Assembly: GCA_012520175.1 (NCBI GenBank)
Contig: JAAYOU010000029.1
Span: forward strand, 8,867 to 72,866
Length of the DNA: 64,000 nucleotides
Source of the DNA: Bacteroidales bacterium
GTDB taxonomy: Bacteria; Bacteroidota; Bacteroidia; Bacteroidales; DTU049
Direction of reading: 5' to 3'
Positions within the stretch are counted from its first letter, which is position 1, and every line of letters begins with the position of its first letter. The notes under the pieces are model-generated. The model worked only from the letters and a program-made list of their open reading frames with translations. It did not search any database and was not told where the DNA came from. A program made the translations under genes and the position numbers. Below are positions 40,524 to 50,007 of the stretch, in pieces.

Positions 40524-41636
40524 TTATGAAAACAGCTTATATAATCGAAACAACCTACTAATAAGTCTCTCTTGATTTGGAAAATCCTTATATGTTTTAG
40601 GTGGAAGTTTTAAGTATTTATCAAATTCTTCTTCGCTGATTTCCCATTTTTTACAGATATATGCTTTATCTTTAAGAACTTTTTCATCATCAAAAGGTTT
40701 AGCTTCCAAAATTCTCAATGCATCATCTCTACTAACTTGTCCATTACAAATTTGCGATGAAAGTGTAGCTCTTCTGTAATCCATATTATATTTTACAGGC
40801 ATTACATACGACTGTAAAAAACCTGTTATGGTTGATTCTTGATGTTTGCCTCCATACTCCTTAAATCCATATGTTTCTATCAAAAATTTACGAGCTTTAT
40901 CCTTATCATAATCAATATAATTCAATGGATAATAAGTTTTTATTCCATGTATAAATTTATTTATAAAATTTTCCTTTAAGCCTGCATACGGAGTCTTTCT
41001 AATTTTAACATTAGAATATTTTTTAACAATATGTCTATATAATTTCATATCGCTTTTTACATGATAGCCCCAAGTTAAAGGCAAAATTCCTTCTGCCGCA
41101 AAATTTCCTCCTGACAAAATACTTGAGATTTTAAACTTTTTGGCAATCTCATAATTTGCTCCCAAAATTGCTAAATCTGTAGGTGTTTCTAAATCAACTA
41201 TTGAAGATTTAAAAAATGCAAGCTGAATTTCTTTAAACTCTTGCCAATCCATTTTATATTCATAATAATCAAAACCTAATTTTTTGACCATTATTTGAAT
41301 GTTTTCTTCAGCTATAGGGGTATTCCATCCATTATTCATATGCATAAGTAAAGGATGTAAACCATAAGTTTTACATAAATGAGCAACAAAACAAGAATCA
41401 ACTCCTCCACTTATTCCAACAAGACAATCATATTTATTATTTTTACTTCTTTTTTTAATTTTAAGTAAAATGTTTTTAAAAATTTTTTCAGATTGCCCTT
41501 CAACATACTTGTGGTTTTCCAATAATTGTAAAAAATCAGTACAATGATTACAATATCCATTTTCATCAAATATAATATCTTCATCAGAGGTGTCCATTAC
41601 ACAACGTTGGCATATTTGATAAGATTTTTTTTCCAT
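40524..41636 (-). CDS. N-acetyl sugar amidotransferase (WbpG/PseA family)
   Basis: 370 aa; CQRCVMDTSDEDIIFDENGYCNHC; PP-loop YDCLVGISGGVDSCFVAHL; GGKHQESTITGFLQSYVMP. Confidence 0.9.
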   Translation of the reverse strand: MEKKSYQICQRCVMDTSDEDIIFDENGYCNHCTDFLQLLENHKYVEGQSEKIFKNILLKIKKRSKNNKYDCLVGISGGVDSCFVAHLCKTYGLHPLLMHMNNGWNTPIAEENIQIMVKKLGFDYYEYKMDWQEFKEIQLAFFKSSIVDLETPTDLAILGANYEIAKKFKISSILSGGNFAAEGILPLTWGYHVKSDMKLYRHIVKKYSNVKIRKTPYAGLKENFINKFIHGIKTYYPLNYIDYDKDKARKFLIETYGFKEYGGKHQESTITGFLQSYVMPVKYNMDYRRATLSSQICNGQVSRDDALRILEAKPFDDEKVLKDKAYICKKWEISEEEFDKYLKLPPKTYKDFPNQERLISRLFRLYKLFS

Positions 41637-41640
41637 AAAT

Positions 41641-42966
41641 TTAATTAATATTTTTTAATGCTTCTACTAATTTTTCAGTTTGTATTTTTCTTGAATAATT
41701 CTCTACTCCAATTGTATGATTTTCTATATAATGCTTTTCTTCAAACTCACTAAACAAATCGTCTAAAACTTTATATAAATGCTCCTTATCTTTTACAACA
41801 ATTCCACTATTTGTTTTTCTAATTAAATCTGCTTGTGAGTTTTCGCTTAAACCTTTAATAGTTTGTGTTTTAAAATATTTTTTCTTTAATAAATTTGCCT
41901 CTTTGTCGTTTTCAAAGCATAGAATAATCTTTCGGTTTAAAGCTAAATAATCATATATTTTTGCTCCCATAATAGAATAGTGATTAAACAGAAGCAATAC
42001 GTTTGATTTTGATATTTCTTTAATAAATTGGTAATTAGGAATTTTAGGAAATATTTTAATCTCGTTTTTTAAAATATCAAGTTCTTTTATAATATCAGAC
42101 ACATCTTTTTTATCACTAATGCCATAAAAATTAACTCTGATTTTTCTGTCAGGATTCATTTTTAAGTAATCTAAAAGTACAGAGAAGAATAACCTATAAG
42201 GATGAAATTTGTAAATTGTTCCAGTTAAAGATATAGTTAATAAATCATTGTTTTGATTAACTTTAATATTATTAATTAAGATATTTTCATCATATCCATT
42301 AGGAATAACTAAAAATGGTTTGTTTTTAATTAGCTTTTTAATTATAAACATATAATATTCAGATACAGTGCATATTAATTTAACATTTCTCAAATATTTC
42401 TTTTCCAAAATTTGTGATATTATTTTTTTTTTGGGATTGTTATTAAAAGAGACATTTGACCAAGGATCTCTATAATCTGCAACCCAAGGAATATTAAATT
42501 TTTTACTTAATTTTGAAGCGTATTTGAATAATACAAAAGGGTCACCTGTAGCTATAATTACATCTACTTTATTGTCTTTTAAAAATTTTTTAGCAGCTTT
42601 ATATAATTCATATTTTGTTCCTATTGGCAAAAACCATTGCCCAATTTCATTATAACCAGCAGAAATTTTCTTTAAAACATTTGATAATAGGTCTTTTTTA
42701 CCTTTTAGGTTTAAACGATTTGAAAGAGTCGCCTTATAAGGTGTTTTTATTAAAATGCCTTTTTCTGTTTCTTCAATTTCTACATCTTTTGTTTTACTTG
42801 GCTGTATGTAATCTAAATCGTTACCATGAATAGGATTCCAATTGCGAGTAATTACAATTGGAAAAAGTCCCATTTCCTTAAAATTCTCGTACCAATAACT
42901 AGGACGCAATCCTCCTACTGAAACATACGGCGGAAAATCATAAGCTAATATTAATATTTTTTTCAT
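41641..42966 (-). CDS. Glycosyltransferase (family 4-like)
   Basis: 441 aa; ILAYDFPPYVSVGGLRPSYW, WVADYRDPWSN, VIPNGYDENI. Confidence 0.85.
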   Translation of the reverse strand: MKKILILAYDFPPYVSVGGLRPSYWYENFKEMGLFPIVITRNWNPIHGNDLDYIQPSKTKDVEIEETEKGILIKTPYKATLSNRLNLKGKKDLLSNVLKKISAGYNEIGQWFLPIGTKYELYKAAKKFLKDNKVDVIIATGDPFVLFKYASKLSKKFNIPWVADYRDPWSNVSFNNNPKKKIISQILEKKYLRNVKLICTVSEYYMFIIKKLIKNKPFLVIPNGYDENILINNIKVNQNNDLLTISLTGTIYKFHPYRLFFSVLLDYLKMNPDRKIRVNFYGISDKKDVSDIIKELDILKNEIKIFPKIPNYQFIKEISKSNVLLLFNHYSIMGAKIYDYLALNRKIILCFENDKEANLLKKKYFKTQTIKGLSENSQADLIRKTNSGIVVKDKEHLYKVLDDLFSEFEEKHYIENHTIGVENYSRKIQTEKLVEALKNIN

Positions 42967-43042
42967 TGTGCCAAATAATATTTGTATTTATAAAATAAAA
43001 ATGCATGTTTTTTGAAAAATTTTTATTATTCTCATTAAAAAG

Positions 43043-43945
43043 TTATTTGTTAGAGTGTTTATTTCTTTTTTTTATTTTCGACAAAGCTCCTTTAAACAAA
43101 AGTTTTGTCTGATTTGTTGATGGAATAACAAACCAATACCACCACAGCATTGGATATAATGATATTGCAAAACCCGCGTTTTTCGCAATTCTAATCATTT
43201 TAACAGAAAAATGAACTAAATTTAAACGGCGAATATAAAACGCAAAAGATTCAAGTATTCCATTTGATTGAAAAGTTATTTTATGATTTGTATTTGCTGG
43301 CGTTTTTACTCGTTTAAAAAACAACGGTTGTTCGTTATACACATGAGTATAATTACCTTTGGATAAATAAAATAACAAACTAGGGTAAATATTATTATAG
43401 GCACATTTCCTATTAGGCCAGTGCCAAACAGGAAAGCGAACACCTTTAATTTCATCAGTTTTAAAAACAGCATAACCAAATTCATCATGTGAATTTTTTA
43501 TGAAATTTTTTATTCTTTTTCGGATGTGCTTTTCTGAATAGTCAAAGTTAAGATTTTCTGAAATTCTATGGTCATTCTCATCAATATGTATAAATGTTGA
43601 AAAAGCAACAATGGCATCAGAATTATTTTCTAAAGCTAAGATCATTTTTTCAACATAAGAATCTGCCATTAAATCATCATCTCCTGCCCACATAAAATAT
43701 TTTGAATTAGCCAAAGACAATAGAAATTCCATATTGCGAGATATTCCAATATTTTCTTTTTGTTTGATATATTTAATTCTATTGTCAATTTTAGCATACT
43801 TAAGACAAATATCGGCACTACCATCTGTTGAGCAATCATCAGATATTATCAATTTAAAATCAGTATATGATTGTTTCAATATGCTTAATATTGACTGCTC
43901 TATAAATTTAACATCGTTATATACTGGCAAACCTATTGTTAGCAT
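43043..43945 (-). CDS. Glycosyltransferase family 2
   Basis: 300 aa; TIGLPVYNDVKFIEQSILSILKQSYTDFKLIISDDCSTDGS; MWAGDDDLM. Confidence 0.92.
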   Translation of the reverse strand: MLTIGLPVYNDVKFIEQSILSILKQSYTDFKLIISDDCSTDGSADICLKYAKIDNRIKYIKQKENIGISRNMEFLLSLANSKYFMWAGDDDLMADSYVEKMILALENNSDAIVAFSTFIHIDENDHRISENLNFDYSEKHIRKRIKNFIKNSHDEFGYAVFKTDEIKGVRFPVWHWPNRKCAYNNIYPSLLFYLSKGNYTHVYNEQPLFFKRVKTPANTNHKITFQSNGILESFAFYIRRLNLVHFSVKMIRIAKNAGFAISLYPMLWWYWFVIPSTNQTKLLFKGALSKIKKRNKHSNK

Positions 43946-43947
43946 TA

Positions 43948-44748
43948 TTAAAATATTTTCTTTAAAATTTTATATCTAATAAATCTGTATGGAAATTTTA
44001 TTATATTTAAAAATACAGAATATGGTGAAAGTGGTATTTTAACATATTTATGCATTTTAGAATGTTGAAATGCAATATGTTGATTTTCTCCATAGAAAAC
44101 AACAGCTTCTTTTTTTAGAGCTGAAGCTAATGTTGCAGTTCCAGATGTTAAACAATATAATTTTTTGCTTGAAAAAATCAAATCACAAAAATCTTGCAAA
44201 GTTGGGGTTGTAATATAATGACATTTAGGATCATATTTATGAAGAGCCTTAGGGCTTGTTAACTTCATTACAGAGTCAATCTGTATTTTGTGTTTCTTAA
44301 TAAAATAAGAAGCGTCATGATGAGTTATATCTCCAACATATGAAAAAAAGTTGGGGTCAAAAATACTTTTATTAAAGTCTGGATTAAATACTGGATTATA
44401 AAACACTTCAGGATCATGCATCCTTTTACCATCATCTAATCCATAATGCAACATAACCAAATCTAGTAAATTGATATTCGTTTTTGGGTTCTTTTTAAGC
44501 TCTGGACTAAGTTTTTCAACTATTTCTGCAATGCTGCATGTTATTCCCTTTTCATCTACAAATCCATCTACAAATGGATTTAAAGACCAAACAATATATT
44601 TGTTATCATTGTTTCTAAATAAAGAATGCTCAGAAATAAACACTTTTTCAAAGGCTCCTGTTTCTTTTGCAATACGCGGAATATGGCTGTGAAACAAGTG
44701 GTCTCCAAGTCCATAATATTGAATTTCAATTATAAGTGTTTTTCCCAT
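43948..44748 (-). CDS. Glycosyltransferase family 9-like protein of unclear function
   Basis: 266 aa; LTSGTATLASALKKEAVVFYG nucleotide-sugar-binding-like C-terminal region. Confidence 0.5.
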   Translation of the reverse strand: MGKTLIIEIQYYGLGDHLFHSHIPRIAKETGAFEKVFISEHSLFRNNDNKYIVWSLNPFVDGFVDEKGITCSIAEIVEKLSPELKKNPKTNINLLDLVMLHYGLDDGKRMHDPEVFYNPVFNPDFNKSIFDPNFFSYVGDITHHDASYFIKKHKIQIDSVMKLTSPKALHKYDPKCHYITTPTLQDFCDLIFSSKKLYCLTSGTATLASALKKEAVVFYGENQHIAFQHSKMHKYVKIPLSPYSVFLNIIKFPYRFIRYKILKKIF

Positions 44749-44786
44749 ATTTATAGTAAAATTAAAACATTTTTATATACATTTTA

Positions 44787-45710
44787 TCACTTTGCCTTTA
44801 ATTGTCTTTTCCCTTTACCTATTTTTCTTCTATATAATATTGGAATCGAAATATACTTAAAAAATCCACTAAAATAAAATTTTGTTTCTTTAAAAAAATC
44901 TTTTCTGTATTGGTTATCTAACAGCCACATTAAGAAAAAATTTGTACAAATATTAAATACATAGATAAAATGATATAATAAATAACCAAAAAAACCATGT
45001 ACTTTGTAAAATAATAAAGCTGTTGATAATTTACTTTGTTTATTTGCCCAAATTCTATTTGGAGTACTTCCACCGTTTTTATGAATAACGCTCACATCCT
45101 CTAAAAACACAATTTTATAGCCAAGTTTGCGAATTCTATTACATAAATCAATTTCTTCAGAATACATAAAAAAATCTGGATCAAATCCTTTACATTCTTT
45201 CATTATCTTTGATGGAATAAACATAAAGGCTCCCATTATTGCTTCTATTTTATATTTTTTAGGAGGAATAATTTTTGAAAACAAAAGATTTCTATCTAGT
45301 ATTTTTCCATATCTAGCAATAGTTGATGTAAACGATTGAACACTTCTATCTTCGTTCAACATTTTGCATCCTAAAACACCAATAGTTTCATCTTCTTCTG
45401 CCTTATGTAAACAAGCTGTTATCGCTTTTTCATCTTCAATAATCACATCGGGATTTATCAAAAGCAAATATTTGCCAGAAGATACATTAACTCCAATATT
45501 ATTTCCCGCACCAAAACCAACATTGTTAGCAGACCCAATATACTTTATATTTTTGCATTTTTCTATTATTTGCTTAGAATCATCTTGGGAATTATTATCA
45601 ACAACAATTATTTCATAAGACATTGATTTGATGTTTTTAACAATACTATCAATACACTTAACTGTTAAAAGTGGTTTTTTGTAGTTTACTATAATGAATG
45701 ATATTAGCAA
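44787..45710 (-). CDS. Glycosyltransferase family 2 (rhamnosyltransferase-like)
   Basis: 307 aa; SFIIVNYKKPLLTVKCIDSIVKN; LLLINPDVIIE; GFDPDFFMYSEEIDLCNRIRKLGYKI. Confidence 0.9.
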   Translation of the reverse strand: MLISFIIVNYKKPLLTVKCIDSIVKNIKSMSYEIIVVDNNSQDDSKQIIEKCKNIKYIGSANNVGFGAGNNIGVNVSSGKYLLLINPDVIIEDEKAITACLHKAEEDETIGVLGCKMLNEDRSVQSFTSTIARYGKILDRNLLFSKIIPPKKYKIEAIMGAFMFIPSKIMKECKGFDPDFFMYSEEIDLCNRIRKLGYKIVFLEDVSVIHKNGGSTPNRIWANKQSKLSTALLFYKVHGFFGYLLYHFIYVFNICTNFFLMWLLDNQYRKDFFKETKFYFSGFFKYISIPILYRRKIGKGKRQLKAK

Positions 45711-45739
45711 GGTATATTATTTTAGTTTTTATTTTTGAC

Positions 45740-46093
45740 CTAAGTTCTAAAATCTACAAATATTCTGATACAAAATAAAGTTTTTAATAGTTCTAAACAA
45801 TATTTAAAGTACATAGATTTAGAAAAATATTCCAATGTAAGATTGCCGTGCCATGCAAAAAATCGTTTAATTAACTCTTTTTTATATTTAGAGCCAAAGT
45901 GTTTTTTTAGTGCCTTAAATAACACTAATATTTTTAAAGTACTACTCCTTGAGGAAATTCCTGCTGAATAATTTCTATAAGCATTCATGATTTCTGGCAT
46001 ATATTTGAAACTTCCAACAGAAGTCATTGCAGCAACAAATAATCTCTCCCCTTTTATTATATTATGCTTATATGATAATTTAAACAATTTCAT
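45740..46093 (-). pseudogene. Probable C-terminal remnant of a family 2 glycosyltransferase
   Basis: 117 aa; IKGERLFVAAMTSVGSFKYMPEIMNAYRNYSAGISS resembles the C-terminal acceptor-side segment of the adjacent GT2 (HNAYNG...MAAYRVHLGGIFS); no N-terminal GT-A domain. Confidence 0.5.
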
Positions 46094-46117
46094 TGTTTTT
46101 GTAATATTTAAACAAAC

Positions 46118-47116
46118 TTAATAATATTTAACTTTGTTAGTATTAATTCTTTTTGCCATATATCTCGGAACTATCAAAGAAGCAATTGCTCCAATAAAAA
46201 TTTTTAAATTAAAACCACGTTTGGGAGTATATTTAATTTGCCTTAAAGCTAATTGTTTTGCTACAGGAATATCATTGTTTTCAAAAGCATATATTCTTAA
46301 AATATTAATTAGAGAATATATGGTCTTATTTAAAAATTGTTTTTGTTTTCTATTTAGTTTATAGTTGTTTAAAAGATGGAAATAACCATTTAGTTGTTTT
46401 GTCCAAAAATTGAAATTTTCTTTACTTGACCAATTTCTACGTTTCAATGAAAAAATACCGCCTAAATGTACTCTGTATGCTGCCATTTTCGCTTCAAAAC
46501 GCTTAATTTTACCATTATATGCATTATGTAAATGTAAAAAATAATCTCCTGTTACAACATTAGACAAAATAAAGTTTTCAATGTTTTTTGCTCTAAAAAC
46601 TACAGAAGGGGTGTGAATGTGATTACCTCTGAATAGGAAATCATCAAAATCAAAATCAGTTTGATTATCAATATATTTTATTTCATAATTATCTTTGTTT
46701 TCCAAAGGTTTATTATCTTTATCGACAATTTCAACATCATGGAAACAAGCTGAATATTCTTGGTTTTTCTCCAAAAAATCAACCTGCTTTTGCAATTTTA
46801 ATGGGTCTGTCCAATAATCGTCTCCTTCGCACATGGCAAAGTATTTGCCTTTGGCTCGAGGGAACTGATAAGTTTTTGTTATTCCAATTCCTTTTGAGTA
46901 TTTATTTTCTGTTTGATAGATTGGTTTAATGATATCAGGATATTTTGCCTCGTATTCCCGAATTATATCTGCTGTTCTATCAGTAGAAGCATCATCGTGA
47001 ATAAGTACTTCAAAAAGGAAATCGGTTTTTTGCATTATAAAACCATCTAAACACTTGCGGATGTAAGGTTCATGATTATAAGTTAAGCAACAAATTGAAA
47101 CTATTGTAGTTTTCAT
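46118..47116 (-). CDS. Glycosyltransferase family 2
   Basis: 332 aa; VSICCLTYNHEPYIRKCLDGFIMQKTDFLFEVLIHDDASTDRT; MCEGDDYWTDPLKLQKQVDFL. Confidence 0.93.
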   Translation of the reverse strand: MKTTIVSICCLTYNHEPYIRKCLDGFIMQKTDFLFEVLIHDDASTDRTADIIREYEAKYPDIIKPIYQTENKYSKGIGITKTYQFPRAKGKYFAMCEGDDYWTDPLKLQKQVDFLEKNQEYSACFHDVEIVDKDNKPLENKDNYEIKYIDNQTDFDFDDFLFRGNHIHTPSVVFRAKNIENFILSNVVTGDYFLHLHNAYNGKIKRFEAKMAAYRVHLGGIFSLKRRNWSSKENFNFWTKQLNGYFHLLNNYKLNRKQKQFLNKTIYSLINILRIYAFENNDIPVAKQLALRQIKYTPKRGFNLKIFIGAIASLIVPRYMAKRINTNKVKYY

Positions 47117-47553
47117 TTTATTATGTATTCAAGTGTTAATTTGTCATATTCTTTAATTATACTAAAGTTATGTTTTAAATAAAAATTTATCGCTCTTTTG
47201 TTCTCTACTTTTACCTCTAGTAATATTTTATTTAATTCATTATGTTTAGCATAATCTATTGCTTGTCTAAGTAATGTCGTTGCTATTCCTCTACGAGCAT
47301 ATTGTTCTGATACACTTAAGTTTGTTATAAAAGCGTATCTTCCGTCTTTATTTATATAAATTGCTAGTAAAGCTACTAAAGTTTTATCCGAAAACACCTC
47401 GAATCTATTTGCTAATTTATAAAGTTTATCTGCATAAAGTTCTATATCAACATAAGATTCAAGTTTTGGGTCAAAGCTTGTATTTACATCATGCAAATGT
47501 GTTTTTATTTGATTTACATCTGATTGATTAAAGCTAAAACTTAAGTCATCCAT
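47113..47553 (-). CDS. GNAT family N-acetyltransferase
   Basis: 146 aa; FITNLSVSEQYARRGIATTLLRQAIDYAK; LKHNFSIIKEYDKLTLEY. Confidence 0.85.
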   Translation of the reverse strand: MDDLSFSFNQSDVNQIKTHLHDVNTSFDPKLESYVDIELYADKLYKLANRFEVFSDKTLVALLAIYINKDGRYAFITNLSVSEQYARRGIATTLLRQAIDYAKHNELNKILLEVKVENKRAINFYLKHNFSIIKEYDKLTLEYIIK

Positions 47554-47577
47554 AATAAATACTAAACTCTTATTGCT

Positions 47578-48288
47578 TTAAAAGTGATACTCAAAATTGT
47601 TTAACATCTCATAAATTGTCTCTTTTTCATTAAACATTGCTACATCAATAATAGAGAGCCAAGGTACGAATGTGTTTTTGAACTGTTGATATACTATATC
47701 TTTTGATTTTATAAAATTTAATTTTATGTTATGCTCTTTGAATCGATCTACAGAATACAACTCTAAGCCACCTATAGGATTTATATATATATCTGCGTTC
47801 AAATTCTTACAAATAGCTATAACTTTATTTTCTCCTTTATACTTTTCTATATCAATAGATAAATTAGAAGATTTTATTATTTCAGTGTTTATATTTAAAA
47901 AATCTTTCCATATTAATAAAGAATTGTAAATATAATCAAATAAATTTTTATTATGACAAAGCAATATTTTTTCAACCATTGGCATTATTTCATTAAACAT
48001 TGGTGCTTTTCTATATGCTTCAGTTATCTTATTCATTATTTTTTCAACCTCTTTTAAATGAAATTGTTCTGATAAAAATCGCTCATTAACATTTAAATAA
48101 TCTGAATCTTTTTTTAACGAAAGAGAAATATATTCATCTTTTCCATCAACCAAAATTCTATTTCTATTTATCCATCCTTTTTTTGTGTACTCAATGTTGT
48201 CATAAACTACAAAAACATCTACTAATTTCATTAATTGCCAATATCCTATGTATGGACAAAAATATGGTTGCATTATGGCTATTGTCAT
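47578..48288 (-). CDS. WbqC family protein
   Basis: 236 aa; IAIMQPYFCPYIGYWQLMKLVDVFVVYDNIEYTKKGWINRNRIL; SIDVAMFN. Confidence 0.93.
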   Translation of the reverse strand: MTIAIMQPYFCPYIGYWQLMKLVDVFVVYDNIEYTKKGWINRNRILVDGKDEYISLSLKKDSDYLNVNERFLSEQFHLKEVEKIMNKITEAYRKAPMFNEIMPMVEKILLCHNKNLFDYIYNSLLIWKDFLNINTEIIKSSNLSIDIEKYKGENKVIAICKNLNADIYINPIGGLELYSVDRFKEHNIKLNFIKSKDIVYQQFKNTFVPWLSIIDVAMFNEKETIYEMLNNFEYHF

Positions 48289-48296
48289 ATCATAAA

Positions 48297-49616
48297 CTAT
48301 TGTTTATACTTTATTTTACTTAATATATCAAAATTTTTTCGAGCTTTAGCTTTTACCAATGGAATTTGTTTATCTAGCATTTTTCTATACTCTTCAAGAT
48401 TACTAAATGCTCGTTCTATCTTTTCATTTAAATCGTTTTGTTTTGCCGGATCTGCTAGAAAGTCTTCAACACCTGCTTCTATGCAAAAGCCCTTCAACTT
48501 ATGTGCTTTAGGTTCATGACCATAGTCTATTACTACAGTAGGAACACTTTGTGAAAGTCCTGCTACTGCTCCATGTACTCTTCCAGACACAATCATATCA
48601 AACTTTCCAATAACAGCTTTTGTCTCCCATGCATTACAAACTCTATCAATAAGATGAACATTTTTAGCTATACCCCTATGTTTTAGCACATTATATAATT
48701 GTTGTGCGGTTTCATAATCCCGTCCATGTATAAGTTTAAATTCAAGTGGGGGTATAGGAAAACCATTTGAGTGCGACATCAAGAACACGCTAGCACCAAG
48801 TTTCTCTGTTATGAATTCAACAGCTTCTGCAAATATTGTAAATTCATCAACTCTTCTATTTTTTTTATCGAAAGGTGCCTCCAAAAAGTTCCATCCGCAC
48901 AGTATAAATCCGACTGTTTTTTGTTTGTTTCCAACTATCCCCAATTCTGTTGCAATAGCTGTAGCCACGTTATCATCTGACGGCTCAAACAAAAAAGCAG
49001 GACAAGCAAAGCTTTGAGTGTTTGACACATCAAATCCATATGATTTCATCAGCCCAATACTTAATGATTCTCTGTTAGTAACAAGTGTAAAGTTTTTATA
49101 AACTTCACGTGCAAACTCTAAATTGTTTAAATTACTAAATGGACCTGGTGAGCCAGCTAACATTACATTGGGTTTACCCATTAGCTGTGCTACTCTATCC
49201 TTTAAAAGACCTATAAGTAATCTATTTTTTCCTAAAAAGTCAGCATTATCGCCCCAAATATCACCGCTAAAATCTATTACAAGATCAGAACGCATTACGG
49301 CATCTATGTAAGGTGTAGTTTCCTTAAGTTCCCCTGTTTGAGCATATTTTTTAGCTATATTATATTCTCTTTCTGCTATAGGGAGATTATCTATTCCAAA
49401 GTCATAGTAATAGCCTATTGGCAATACTTCTACTTGCTCATCTTGACAAAAACGATCACTCATTTGAAATGTGGTAGAAATTTTTGCTTGGGGAAATACT
49501 CTATGTAATTCTCTTACAAAAGGTTCTATGATGTAGTAGTTACCTATATTTCCAAATTCCATTCGTCCCCAATGTAATGTGCATTGTCCTATTAGTAATA
49601 TATTTTTCATAAACAT
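48297..49616 (-). CDS. Polysaccharide pyruvyl transferase family protein
   Basis: 439 aa; VNRESLSIGLMKSYGF, GRVHGAVAGLSQSVPTVVIDYGHE. Confidence 0.85.
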   Translation of the reverse strand: MFMKNILLIGQCTLHWGRMEFGNIGNYYIIEPFVRELHRVFPQAKISTTFQMSDRFCQDEQVEVLPIGYYYDFGIDNLPIAEREYNIAKKYAQTGELKETTPYIDAVMRSDLVIDFSGDIWGDNADFLGKNRLLIGLLKDRVAQLMGKPNVMLAGSPGPFSNLNNLEFAREVYKNFTLVTNRESLSIGLMKSYGFDVSNTQSFACPAFLFEPSDDNVATAIATELGIVGNKQKTVGFILCGWNFLEAPFDKKNRRVDEFTIFAEAVEFITEKLGASVFLMSHSNGFPIPPLEFKLIHGRDYETAQQLYNVLKHRGIAKNVHLIDRVCNAWETKAVIGKFDMIVSGRVHGAVAGLSQSVPTVVIDYGHEPKAHKLKGFCIEAGVEDFLADPAKQNDLNEKIERAFSNLEEYRKMLDKQIPLVKAKARKNFDILSKIKYKQ

Positions 49617-49669
49617 CTAAATTGTTTTAATAAAACATTTTTCATAGCTTTAGCTTTATCTTTATTTTA

Positions 49670-49957
49670 TTATTGGCTATTTTCTTTTGTATCAGGTTCA
49701 ATAATTTGCCAATAACCGCTTTTTGCAGGTCCAATACGTTGCAAAAATCCCATAGTTTTAAGTTTTGCTATATTTTCTTTGGTTTTTCTTAATGAAATTT
49801 GCAATATGTTTGATAGTTCTTGTGTTGTAATACGATTGTTTTTAGCTATTTCATTTATAATTATTTTTTGGTTATCGGTGACCTTATCGGTGACCTTATC
49901 TTTTAATTCAGCATTATCCTTTTCAGCAATTATATTATATATATCTTGTTGTGTCAT
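49670..49957 (-). CDS. Small winged-helix DNA-binding protein, resembling the C-terminus of AlbA_2/RecG-like proteins
   Basis: 95 aa; KDKVTDKVTDNQKIIINEIAKNNRITTQELSNILQISLRKTKENIAKLKTMGFLQRIGPAKSGYWQII. Confidence 0.65.
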   Translation of the reverse strand: MTQQDIYNIIAEKDNAELKDKVTDKVTDNQKIIINEIAKNNRITTQELSNILQISLRKTKENIAKLKTMGFLQRIGPAKSGYWQIIEPDTKENSQ

Positions 49958-50007
49958 TTTATAATTACATTTAGTTTAGGTTATCTGCATTATTCTTAAT
50001 TTCATCA

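Noticed and set aside
49779-49964. 61-aa plus-strand ORF overlapping the wHTH gene
   Set aside because: Serine/valine-rich mirror frame (SVTLSVTLSF) of the repeated KVTDKVTD codons; spurious.
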